64,000 nt of DNA from an uncultured candidatus Brocadiaceae bacterium (GCA_964572825.1 CAZNGS010000009.1:8413-72412), one strand, 5' to 3'; shown: positions 9,798 through 18,441, counted from the stretch's first letter. Numbers and translations are program-made. The notes: a model not told the origin generated them from the letters alone.

Positions 9798-11399
9798 TCA
9801 GTGGCCGTTGTCTGCCGGCTGTTCACGCAGAAACACCACCGACGGCGACTTGCCCGTATGGAGGACGGCGGGTTCCCGGCGGTGGACCTGAAACTGACGG
9901 CTCTGGCGCATGAATTCGGACGTTACCGGCCCCGCGCCATGTCTCACTGCTCTGAGGAAAACGGTCCTGACGGCTTCCTCATCGAGTGGGCCGAGCCTGG
10001 GGTGGACCAGCAGCCGGCAAACGGTTATGCCGGGTTCCGTCTCCGACAGGACCAACTGATAATCGCCCACGTCGCCTCCGAAGCTGCGCGGCAGAACTTC
10101 TTCCAGGACGCGGGCGGCATCCCGCCCGGAGAGCGTCAGTCCCTCCGTCGTCAGCCTGGCAAAACTCCACAGACCGCGAAGGTGGGTATGGAAACCCATA
10201 CGGTCCCAAGGGCATTCGCAACGCCTGCGCTCCACCACGCCCGCGTCACCCGTCTCCGCGTTGATCATAATCTTTGGGCTGGCCGGGGAAAGGGCTGTGA
10301 ACAGCAGGGGGCGCACGAACTTCTCTGTCCCGACTGCCCTGGAATGCGAGATCACGGCGAAACGGTGTTCGTAGACGTGCATGTCGTCGCTGCCCCTTGG
10401 CGCCAGACAGGCTTCGGCGGCTTCCCCCATCTCGGTGGCCCCAAACAGCGGCAGGCAGGCTCCTCCCGCGGCCTCGATGGTGCGTCGTTTCGCCTCGGTG
10501 ATCGGCTCGCCCGCCACCAGCAGAACGCAACCGTCCAGGTCAAGCCCTTGCCGAACGGCCCACGTGGCCAGCCGCGCGGCCGTCGAGGGATAAGTCACCA
10601 TCAGGGCCCCCGGACCCCGGCCGGCCACGCGGGCAAGCCATGCGGCCGGTCGCGAAGGACGTAGAGGCGAGGCGAATTCCGGTCGCGGCAGCGCCAGGCC
10701 GCCCCCCCGAGCCAGCAGCACCAGGCCCCACGCCCTGGCCATCGCCCCGCGCGCCGGTCCCGTTGGAGAGACGGGTACCTGACAGAACCACCTGCGGGGC
10801 ACTGCACCCACCCGGACAAGCCGCAGCAACCGGGACAGCGCCCACTCGGTGGGCGGGAGGTAGAGGGCAAATTCGGCGCCGACCAGGCCGTTTATCTCCA
10901 GGGACCGCCGGGCATGGTGACACTGCTCCCGGTAGTGGCTCGGACCGACTGCCACGCGCGTGGGAGCCCCCGTGCTGCCGCTGCTGACGTGCGGAAAACC
11001 CGGCCACTGGCACGGATTGTCAAACTGCTTCGGCTGGAACTGGAACAGGGCCGCACCGCGGCGGGCTGGTTCCCGGCCCTTCATCTCGTCGAGAGTTACG
11101 TAGAGCCCATCTCCGGCGAGTCGTTGCAGCGCGCCCTCGAGGCCCCGACTGCGCACGAGCACACGCAGGTCCTCATACGTGCAGCCCAGATGTCGGAACA
11201 GCGCCAGATAAGGACTGTCCGGATTGGCGAACACGGCTCGGGCGACCACCCGAAGGAAGCGTCTTCCACGCCGTTCGTTCAGGCGATGGATGGCTTCTCG
11301 GGCACGGCCCCCCTTGTATGGTTCCCGCGCGAACCGCAGAAGGCGCCGGCCGCCCCGGAGCAGAGACAGGCCGCGCCGCAGACAGGCTGAAGCGACCAT
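9798..11399 (-). CDS. PaaK / coenzyme F390 synthetase-like adenylate-forming enzyme (ANL superfamily)
   Basis: HVSSGSTGAPTRVAVGPSHY is a P-loop-like SSGTTG motif. LLVAGEPITEAKRR and ATEMGEA are also present. The length of about 530 aa fits the phenylacetate-CoA ligase family. Confidence 0.6.
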   Translation of the reverse strand: MVASACLRRGLSLLRGGRRLLRFAREPYKGGRAREAIHRLNERRGRRFLRVVARAVFANPDSPYLALFRHLGCTYEDLRVLVRSRGLEGALQRLAGDGLYVTLDEMKGREPARRGAALFQFQPKQFDNPCQWPGFPHVSSGSTGAPTRVAVGPSHYREQCHHARRSLEINGLVGAEFALYLPPTEWALSRLLRLVRVGAVPRRWFCQVPVSPTGPARGAMARAWGLVLLARGGGLALPRPEFASPLRPSRPAAWLARVAGRGPGALMVTYPSTAARLATWAVRQGLDLDGCVLLVAGEPITEAKRRTIEAAGGACLPLFGATEMGEAAEACLAPRGSDDMHVYEHRFAVISHSRAVGTEKFVRPLLFTALSPASPKIMINAETGDAGVVERRRCECPWDRMGFHTHLRGLWSFARLTTEGLTLSGRDAARVLEEVLPRSFGGDVGDYQLVLSETEPGITVCRLLVHPRLGPLDEEAVRTVFLRAVRHGAGPVTSEFMRQSRQFQVHRREPAVLHTGKSPSVVFLREQPADNGH

Positions 11400-11736
11400 C
11401 GACCCCCCGTCGCCGAATGGAAAAGCGCCGCCAGAACCGCCGGACTCCGAACAGGCGCGTTGCGAGCTTACCGTGCACTCACGGCACTGTCAATACGGTC
11501 GGCGCCGGCATCAGGGATGTCCCGGGGTGATGCTGACCGGCCCGGGCCGGATATCCCCGGGTTGCGGCGGATCGGGTGGATCAGCTGTCGGGTCTGGAAG
11601 GAGGGACGTGCTCAGGTCAGCATCATCATGTAGGAGTTTCGCTACCAGTTTGCTGCGGCGGGCACAGCCGATGCACGGGCGGACCTCCAGGCAAGCGATC
11701 CGCCCGGAGGGTTAAGTGAATTGAGGTAAATGCCTT

Positions 11737-11808
11737 CCGGCTGCCAAACAGCCGGCGCGGCGGGGACGCCGCGCCTACCCCTTGGGGTAGGTCCGGCGTC
11801 TCGCCGGA
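11737..11808. repeat. array of four contiguous perfect palindromic hairpins; structured RNA or a REP-like element
   Basis: CCGGCTG-ccaaa-CAGCCGG (11737-11755). CGCGGCG-ggga-CGCCGCG (11756-11773). CCTACCCC-tt-GGGGTAGG (11774-11791). TCCGGCG-tct-CGCCGGA (11792-11808). The four are directly abutting. Confidence 0.5.
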
Positions 11809-12092
11809 CCGGAGTTCGTACGATCTGGGGAGCCGGGCCTTGCCTTCTGTCCAGGTAGTTGAGCCAGCGTGCCCTCAGCGCGTCGGGTTTCGCAAACCGG
11901 AAAAGATTTATCTCGTATCGCTTAACAACTCCCCTTGAGGAATGTAACTCAACCGCTGCCGGGTGAGGATCGCCTTTTTTCGTTGCCACCCGGAGATCAT
12001 ATGTTCTTCAGAAGAGTGTCGGGCGCGCCACCTCGAGTGAACGGCCATCCGGGGGGCGCCGCGGAAAGCCGGTGCATGCATGGCCGGGGCGG

Positions 12093-13283
12093 TCAGGTGG
12101 TCGGCCGGGCAATCGGAGCGGCTATCTGGTCGAAGAAGGGCGTGGTGCGGCGTTCCACGCATTGGGCCGCGTAAAGGTACACGGCCGCCGACCAGGTCTG
12201 CCAGTCCTGCCCCTGCGGGGTGCCGTCCTGGGCCCGAAACCATTCGTTGAAACCGAACTCGACATCGGCGCTTCTGGAGGGACGAACCAGTTCGGTCAGG
12301 GCGGCGAGATTGCGCTCCGCCACGCGGTAACGCCGGGCACTCACGCAGGCCGCGACATAAAAACCGCATATGTAGGGCCATACCCCGCCGTTGTGGTACT
12401 CGCCCGGCCTGCCGTACTGCTCATAGCGCGGGCGCCAGTCCGGGTGCTCGGGCCGGATGTAGGGGAACAGGGCCGGTGGAAGCTCGAGGGCCAGGTCCCC
12501 GTTGCTTCGCAGCGCGGCGCATTCGTGTTCGACCCACGAGACGATGGATTGGGCCCGGGAGCGCGAGGCGATGCCCGAGAGAATGGCCAGGCTGTTGCCC
12601 AGCAGGTCGAATCGCTCGCTGCGGTAGAGCTTGTAGGACCACAGTGCGTAGTACGGCTTGTGCGCCAGCACGAGACCCTCATGGACGTGGGGATGCCTGC
12701 TCTCCGCTTCGACTGAGAAACGGTTCATGAGCTCCCGCAGCGTCCGGGCGCGCTCGTCGTGCCCATAGAGGCGCAGATACATGTGGACCAGGGCGTTCAC
12801 GTACAGGCCGTAGCCCAGCACCCATTGCTCGTCCCGCCAGTCACTGGTGGGCAGTTGAGCGACGATGACGCGGTCCTCGGGGCTCTGGTATTCCATCCAG
12901 GTCAGCGCGGCCCGGGCGGCCTCTTCCAGGAAGCTTTCCTCCCCGGTGGCGTTTCTGAACAGGGCCAGCCCCAGGAGGAAAAGCGGCGTAGTATCGCTGG
13001 CCCCTCTATTCTCCGGATCGTGGACGAGGGAAGGAATGTGTCCCCGCTGGCTCTGGTTGTTAGCCAGCGCCTGGAGGACCCGCCTCACCGTGTAGATGAG
13101 CCGCTCCTCCCCCGAGAGCAAGATGCCCGGCGTGGATATCATGATGTCGCGCGTATAGGGCTCGGGGTAGCCCCAGCCCGCGGTGCGAAAGAGGGAACGG
13201 TAAGGGCCCCGACGGTTGTGCTTCAGAACCTCCAGGGCCGCCTCCTTTGTCTCCGCCACGGCGCAGGCAAGTTTCCTGTCCAT
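12093..13283 (-). CDS. (alpha/alpha)6-barrel glycoside hydrolase (GH63 / GH100 / glycogen-debranching C-terminal-like)
   Basis: About 396 aa, with WGYPEPYTRD, SDTTPLFL, DWRDEQWVLGYGLYVNAL and GEYHNGGVWPY. These motifs are typical of six-hairpin glycosidases such as neutral invertase, mannosylglycerate hydrolase or GDE-C. Confidence 0.55.
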   Translation of the reverse strand: MDRKLACAVAETKEAALEVLKHNRRGPYRSLFRTAGWGYPEPYTRDIMISTPGILLSGEERLIYTVRRVLQALANNQSQRGHIPSLVHDPENRGASDTTPLFLLGLALFRNATGEESFLEEAARAALTWMEYQSPEDRVIVAQLPTSDWRDEQWVLGYGLYVNALVHMYLRLYGHDERARTLRELMNRFSVEAESRHPHVHEGLVLAHKPYYALWSYKLYRSERFDLLGNSLAILSGIASRSRAQSIVSWVEHECAALRSNGDLALELPPALFPYIRPEHPDWRPRYEQYGRPGEYHNGGVWPYICGFYVAACVSARRYRVAERNLAALTELVRPSRSADVEFGFNEWFRAQDGTPQGQDWQTWSAAVYLYAAQCVERRTTPFFDQIAAPIARPTT

Positions 13284-13284
13284 G

Positions 13285-14427
13285 TCAGCCTATCCCCAGT
13301 TTGTTGGAGAGGATTTCCACCAGGGCCCCGGCCACCACCCGGTAGTCGAACAGCTCCACGGCCCTCTTCCTGCCCGCTTCGCCCATCCTGCGCCGAAGGT
13401 CGGGATCGGTCATCAGGTCCATCAGGTAGTTGGCGATGTCGTGCACGCTGGCCCGATAGTCGGCGGTGCGAGGCTGGTCGAAGACGATGCGGTGCTCCGG
13501 CTCGTATCCCTCGTCTTCGCCGAGGAACGTCTCCCCGACGCGGATCTCTTGCCCGATGCCTGCCAGAAAACCGGTTTCCCCGTGCACGATAGTATCCAGC
13601 ATCCCCATGGCCTTCATGCCGAGCACCGGCTTGCCACACGCCTGGGCCTCCACCTGGATCATTCCAAAACCCTCCAGCCGAGACGGCGCCGCGTAGATGT
13701 CACAGGCGGCCATCAGGTACGGCATGAAATTCCTGGAAACCACGCTGGTGGTGTAACTGACGCTCTTCTCGATGCCAAGGCGCGTAGCCAGTTGCAGATC
13801 GTAGAGGTTTTGTTGCTCCGTCCTGGGCTGCGGCCATACCTTGCAGACGTATTTCCAGTCGGGGGCCTTCGTGTCGATAATGGCGAGTGCCTGCATCACC
13901 TCCTGGGCGCCCTTCGAGGCGGCGTCCCCACCGACAGTCAGGATCATGATCTGGTCGGGCGCGACTCCCAATGCCTCGCGCACGGCCTTTACTTTCGGCT
14001 CCTCCCTGTCCCGGGGAATGAACGCATCGGTATCGCACCCTACAGGTAAGACCTCCAATTTCTCTTCCTCAACGCCGTCTCTGATGTATATCTCTTTCAC
14101 CCAATTGGAGGTGACCAGAATCAGCGGCAGTGCGTTCAGCACCTCCATATAATTCGCAATGTAGCCGTCGGCCACGAACCACGGCACAGGCTGCAACCCA
14201 TACCGTTGTGGGTGCAGGATTAAGTGCGGGATATGCCCCCAGTACCCTATGCCGACCGCGACATCCGGTTCAAACCAGCGGTAGTACCATTCTTTCTCCT
14301 GCGCCGATTCGAAATGCACCGCGTGCGCATCCACGCCTATCTCCAGGAGGCCCCGGAACAAGAGGTCCCCCTGCGTGGCCAGCCCTCCCGGCGATGGCGG
14401 GTAGTCGTAAAGCACCAGGACTTTCAT
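13285..14427 (-). CDS. family 4 (GT-B) glycosyltransferase
   Basis: MKVLVLYDYPPSPGGLATQ at the N-terminus and a C-terminal EGFGMIQVEAQACGKPV (the E-x7-E region) are typical of GT4. The start ATG at 14427 overlaps the upstream stop as ATGA. Confidence 0.8.
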   Translation of the reverse strand: MKVLVLYDYPPSPGGLATQGDLLFRGLLEIGVDAHAVHFESAQEKEWYYRWFEPDVAVGIGYWGHIPHLILHPQRYGLQPVPWFVADGYIANYMEVLNALPLILVTSNWVKEIYIRDGVEEEKLEVLPVGCDTDAFIPRDREEPKVKAVREALGVAPDQIMILTVGGDAASKGAQEVMQALAIIDTKAPDWKYVCKVWPQPRTEQQNLYDLQLATRLGIEKSVSYTTSVVSRNFMPYLMAACDIYAAPSRLEGFGMIQVEAQACGKPVLGMKAMGMLDTIVHGETGFLAGIGQEIRVGETFLGEDEGYEPEHRIVFDQPRTADYRASVHDIANYLMDLMTDPDLRRRMGEAGRKRAVELFDYRVVAGALVEILSNKLGIG

Positions 14428-15062
14428 GCGTTCACCTCGTGATCCCTCAGCCACTTCGCGTAGCCATCGGGGTCCTCAAAACACCAGAAGCCCTCCGTCC
14501 GGGGGGCCGCCCTCACTTCGAAGCTCCCGGGCCCGAAACCGTAGATGTCGGTGAGTATGGACTTCTTTCGCCGCCACAAGCTTCCGGGCAGTTTTTCCCG
14601 GCGGTGCGCATCCGCCCTGGCGCGGGGCAGGTGCCGCCCGCCTTCGTCACTGTAGGCAAACAGCCACAGTTTGCCGACCGACAGGCGCCCGTCCACCCAG
14701 AGCCTGGTGACCGCGCGGCTGACTTCCTCATGGCGGCGGTGCCGGGTGTATTCCCCCCACGGGCCGTGGGTCAGCGCCACGTCGAAACTCGCCTCCGACA
14801 GCAGCGAGAGCAGGGCGTCTTCTACCACCTCCGGGGGCAGGGGTGTCTGCTCGGGGCCGTCGTCCAGGTCGGCCATGACGGCGCTGCCCCCCAGTTCATG
14901 GACGGCCTGGGCGTACCGGGGAGCCCGGTCCGGATCGCCCTTGCGGCACGCGGCTATGGCAAGGCACTGCCACGTGCGGTGACCCATGATCGTCCCGCCC
15001 GCCCAGAGGGTCTCATCGTCCGGGTGGGCCACCACAATGGCGACGTCCTTGCGGTCGGTCAT
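14424..15062 (-). CDS. PIG-L / LmbE-family N-acetylglucosaminyl deacetylase
   Basis: VAIVVAHPDDETLWAGGTI is the AHPDDE zinc-binding motif of the PIG-L/MshB/BshB family. The ATG at 15062 is preceded by GGAGG. Confidence 0.8.
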   Translation of the reverse strand: MTDRKDVAIVVAHPDDETLWAGGTIMGHRTWQCLAIAACRKGDPDRAPRYAQAVHELGGSAVMADLDDGPEQTPLPPEVVEDALLSLLSEASFDVALTHGPWGEYTRHRRHEEVSRAVTRLWVDGRLSVGKLWLFAYSDEGGRHLPRARADAHRREKLPGSLWRRKKSILTDIYGFGPGSFEVRAAPRTEGFWCFEDPDGYAKWLRDHEVNA

Positions 15063-15104
15063 CCTCCGCTCCCAGGTGGGACAGGGCAATCCAGCAGGCC
15101 GCTC

Positions 15105-16538
15105 TCAGGTTTTGTAATCTTCTTTGCAAAGGTCGTGCCGTTTCATCTTGTCGTAGAGGGCCCTGGGGCTCAGGCCGGCCCGCTTCGCCGTCTGTCCTAC
15201 GCGCCCCCCGGTGGCCGCCAGCAGCCCCTCGATGTAGCCCTTTTCCAGGTCGGCCAGGAACCGCTCTCGGACGCGGCGCCACGGCATGCGGAGCCATTCC
15301 TCGGGCAGGTCACCGACGATCGGACCGCCGGGTGCAGAGCCTGGCTCGTCCCCCACTGGGCCAGCTCCACCCCGCACGGTTTCCGGCAGATCGGCCGGGC
15401 CGATCATGCCGCCGTCGCAGAGCAAGAGCGCCCGTTCGATGACGTTAATCAGTTCGCGCACGTTTCCCGGCCAGGAGTATTGTATCAGGGCATCGAGGGC
15501 CTGGTCCGTGATCCCTTCCGCCGCACAGCCCACGCGTGGCTGCAGGTAGTCCATGTAGCTCTCGACGAGCACGGGTATGTCCTCCCGGCGCTCCCGGAGG
15601 GGCGGAATGGTGAGCGTGACGACGCTGAGGCGATAGTAGAGGTCCCGTCTGAAGCGCCCTTCGCTGACCTCACTCTCCAGGTCGCGATTGCTGGCGGCCA
15701 TCAGTCGCACGTCCACCGGTATGGTTCTTTCGCCGCCTACGGGCTGGACTTGACGGTCCTGAAGCACGCGCAGCAGTTTGACCTGGACGTGGTAGGGCAA
15801 CTCGCCGATTTCGTCCAGGAACACCGTGCCCCGGTGAGCCAACTCAAACCAGCCCCGGCGAGTCCTGGCCGCCCCCGTAAAGGCTCCTCTCTCGTGGCCG
15901 AAAAGCTCGCTCTCCAGCAGCGACTCGGGCAGGGCTGCGCAGTTGATGGCGACGAACGGGCCCTCGGATCGCGGCCCCTCGCCATGAATGGCCCTGGCGA
16001 GCCGTTCCTTGCCCACGCCGGTCTCGCCCAGGATGAGCAGCGAGACATCGCTGCGCACCACTCGCCGTGCGAGCCCCATGAACACCTGCATGCAGGGGCT
16101 CTCCGAGACGAAGTCGGACAGGCGCGGCGTGGACATATCCCCATCGGCCAGCAGTGTGCTGCGGGCGGCCGCCGCCCGCCGCGCCAGCAGGGCCTGCAGA
16201 ACCTCGCCGAAGACCTCGGCCGACAGCCCTTCGTGGAGGACCGCCAGGCAGCCGGACGCCGTCAGGCAGGCCCGGTTGACCGGGTCGTCACTGGCCGAGA
16301 TGACGATCACGCCCGGGGGGTCCGGCAACTCTCCAAGGGCAGCGATCTTCTGCGCCAGTGGTCCGCGCACGGCGCCCTCGCTGATCACAAGCATGTCCGC
16401 CGTCTTGCGAACGACCCGGTCCCACAGGCCGCTCCCGGTGGCCTCGATTTCCAGCAGGATGTCCGGCTTGTTCAGCAGCCCGCGCAACTGCCGCCGGAGG
16501 GGTGCGGAACTGACGGCCAGAACTACCCGCGTCAGCAT
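15105..16538 (-). CDS. sigma-54-dependent transcriptional activator (NtrC family) with a degenerate N-terminal receiver-like domain
   Basis: AAA+ sigma-54 interaction motifs [14 protein letters not shown] and ESELFGHE are present. A C-terminal Fis-type HTH follows. The N-terminal domain lacks the acidic Asp-Asp pair and reads VVLAVSS. Confidence 0.8.
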   Translation of the reverse strand: MLTRVVLAVSSAPLRRQLRGLLNKPDILLEIEATGSGLWDRVVRKTADMLVISEGAVRGPLAQKIAALGELPDPPGVIVISASDDPVNRACLTASGCLAVLHEGLSAEVFGEVLQALLARRAAAARSTLLADGDMSTPRLSDFVSESPCMQVFMGLARRVVRSDVSLLILGETGVGKERLARAIHGEGPRSEGPFVAINCAALPESLLESELFGHERGAFTGAARTRRGWFELAHRGTVFLDEIGELPYHVQVKLLRVLQDRQVQPVGGERTIPVDVRLMAASNRDLESEVSEGRFRRDLYYRLSVVTLTIPPLRERREDIPVLVESYMDYLQPRVGCAAEGITDQALDALIQYSWPGNVRELINVIERALLLCDGGMIGPADLPETVRGGAGPVGDEPGSAPGGPIVGDLPEEWLRMPWRRVRERFLADLEKGYIEGLLAATGGRVGQTAKRAGLSPRALYDKMKRHDLCKEDYKT

Positions 16539-16707
16539 TCGAGCATGCTCCCCCCAAGAGTCCCGATAAGTACTTTTACTGCCGATTTGACCGGAAGTCA
16601 AGATTCTGATTCCCTATCGACCAACGTTCCGGCGTCTCCGGGTTTTGTTCTTCGCAAAGCTTTCGTACAAAATCACTTGCACAGAATCAGCCCCTGGAAT
16701 GCGGCAA

Positions 16708-16723
16708 TGGCACACCATCTGCT
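16708..16723 (+). promoter_or_regulatory. sigma-54 (-24/-12) promoter TGGCAC-N7-GC
   Basis: TGGCACaccatctGCt has GG at 16709-10 and GC at 16721-22, an exact 12 nt offset. This matches the TGGCAC-N5-TTGC consensus except for T to C at -14. It lies about 78 nt upstream of the small ORF ATG. Confidence 0.45.
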
Positions 16724-16800
16724 TTTCACCTGACGGGAGATAGAAGCGGGATGGTCTCGCTCCCCTGGCGGATTCCGTAGCAGAATGGGAGGCAGGAAAG

Positions 16801-16896
16801 ATGGCAAAGGCAAAGGGCAAAGCAGCCAAGCCGGCCAAGAAGGCCCAGGGCAAGGCAAGAGAGAAGAGCAAGGGCCGAAAGAGCCCCAAGCGTTAG
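16801..16896 (+). CDS. small ORF encoding a 31-aa Lys/Ala-rich basic peptide (MAKAKGKAAKPAKKAQGKAREKSKGRKSPKR)
   Basis: The ATG sits 6 nt after a GGGAGGCAGGAAAG Shine-Dalgarno. G/C dominates third codon positions. A clean TAG stop is followed immediately by a strong hairpin. It is too short (below about 60 aa) to appear in the ORF track. Confidence 0.35.
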   Translation: MAKAKGKAAKPAKKAQGKAREKSKGRKSPKR

Positions 16897-16909
16897 CGGG
16901 GCGCCCGTT

Positions 16910-16937
16910 GGGCGGACGTGTCTTGCCGCGTCCGCCC
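16910..16937. terminator. strong GC hairpin between convergent genes, possibly a bidirectional terminator
   Basis: GGGCGGACG-tgtcttgccg-CGTCCGCCC is a 9 bp perfect stem. It lies right after the sORF stop and just downstream of the stop of the minus-strand EBP gene (16941). No U-run follows. Confidence 0.4.
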
Positions 16938-16940
16938 CTC

Positions 16941-18347
16941 CTATTCCTCGGCCAGCTTGCGCACTATGTCGTCGCGCTCCACGTCGCACTTGCGCATCAG
17001 GCGGTGGAAGCTCTCCCGTTCGATGCCGGCGTGTTCGGCCGCGCGGGTGACGTTGCCCCCGTACTGCTTGAGCACGTCGATCAGATACTGCCTCTGGCAG
17101 CTCAGGCTGGCCTTGTCCATGGCCTTGCGGTAGGGAAGATTCACCAGGGCGGCCATGTCGGCGGGGGGGCGCTGCTCGTCCGATTCCAGAAACGGGAACA
17201 GGGAGGGGGTGATGAGGTAGTCGTCGCACAGCACCACGGCCCGCTCGATGGCGTTTTGGAGCTCGCGGACGTTGCCGGGCCAGTGGTAGTTCATCAGCTT
17301 CTCCATGGCGGCCGTGGACAGCTCGTAACGATCGGCCTCCTCGCCCGCGAACAGGCGCAGGAAGTGGTCCACCAACAGGGGGATGTCCCGGGGTCGCTCC
17401 CGCAGCGGGGGCAGGCGGATGGGGAATACGTTCAACCGATAGTAGAGGTCCTCGCGGAATCTGTCCTCCTCCATGGCCTTCTGCAGGTCCCGGTTGGTGG
17501 AGGCGATGATGCGCACGTCCACGGGGATGTCCTCGGTGTCGCCCACGCGTCGGATCTCGCGCTCCTGAATGGCGCGATTGATCTTGACCTGCAGGTCCGC
17601 CTCCAGCTCGGTAATCTCGTCGAGGAAAAGCGACCCCCCGTCGGCCTCCATGAACAGGCCCCGTTTGTCCTTGGAGGCGCCGCTGAAAGCGCCCCGCACG
17701 TGGCCGAACAGCTCGCTCTCGATCAGCTCTTTGGGCATGGCCCCGCAGTTGATGGCCACGAAGCGGCGCCGCGCCCGATCGCTGGCGGAGTGGATGGCCC
17801 GGGCGAACAGCTCCTTGCCGGTGCCGCTCTCCCCGGTCAGCAGGACAGTTGTGTCGGCCTCGGCCGCCTTGCGGGCCAGCTCGAAGGCATCCTTGATGGC
17901 CTCGCTCTCGCCGATGATATTGGGGAATCCGTATTTCTCCTGCACCTGTTCCTTGAGTATCTGGGTTTCCTCGCGGAGCTGCTTGCGTTCGAGCGCTTTT
18001 TCCAGGGCTATTTTCAGCTCGTCCGGCTCGAACGGCTTGGTCAGGTAGTTGTAGGCGCCGGCCTTGACCGCTTCCACGGCCTGGCTGACGGTGGCGAAAG
18101 CCGTCATGAGGATCACCTCGGTCTGGGGCGCCCTGGCCTTCACCTGCCGCAGCAACTCCATCCCGTCCATCCCCGGCATGCGGATGTCGCTGAGCATCAC
18201 GTCCACCGGCTGCCGGTCGAGCTGATCCAGGGCCCGGTCTGCCGAGCTGAACGTGCTTACCTCGTAGTCTCGTGAGAGCAACTGGGAGAGCATCTTCAGC
18301 ATGCTCTCCTTGTCGTCCACCACGAATATGCGCGCTTTCGCACCCAT
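16941..18347 (-). CDS. sigma-54-dependent two-component response regulator (NtrC/AtoC family)
   Basis: A canonical receiver (IFVVDDKESM...DVMLSDIRMPGMDG) is followed by the AAA+ sigma-54 domain (GESGTGKE, GAFSGA). A C-terminal HTH is present. Confidence 0.85.
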   Translation of the reverse strand: MGAKARIFVVDDKESMLKMLSQLLSRDYEVSTFSSADRALDQLDRQPVDVMLSDIRMPGMDGMELLRQVKARAPQTEVILMTAFATVSQAVEAVKAGAYNYLTKPFEPDELKIALEKALERKQLREETQILKEQVQEKYGFPNIIGESEAIKDAFELARKAAEADTTVLLTGESGTGKELFARAIHSASDRARRRFVAINCGAMPKELIESELFGHVRGAFSGASKDKRGLFMEADGGSLFLDEITELEADLQVKINRAIQEREIRRVGDTEDIPVDVRIIASTNRDLQKAMEEDRFREDLYYRLNVFPIRLPPLRERPRDIPLLVDHFLRLFAGEEADRYELSTAAMEKLMNYHWPGNVRELQNAIERAVVLCDDYLITPSLFPFLESDEQRPPADMAALVNLPYRKAMDKASLSCQRQYLIDVLKQYGGNVTRAAEHAGIERESFHRLMRKCDVERDDIVRKLAEE

Positions 18348-18393
18348 GATGCCAGTTCAACCCCTGCATGCGGGCCCGCTGGGGCCAGCCGTC

Positions 18394-18423
18394 TTGAATC
18401 GGCGTTCCCGCCGAACCTATAAT
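18394..18423 (+). promoter_or_regulatory. sigma-70-like promoter TTGAAT-N18-TATAAT
   Basis: TTGAAT at 18394-99 and TATAAT at 18418-23 lie about 18 nt upstream of the ATG at 18442. Confidence 0.4.
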
Positions 18424-18441
18424 CAGGGGACATTGTAAAAC

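Noticed and set aside
11642-11989. 115-aa minus-strand ORF (GTG start, MATKKGDPHPAAV...) inside the long non-coding island
   Set aside because: Its third codon positions are A/T-rich, unlike every confident gene here. There is no RBS. It overlaps the tandem-hairpin array. It is more likely non-coding.
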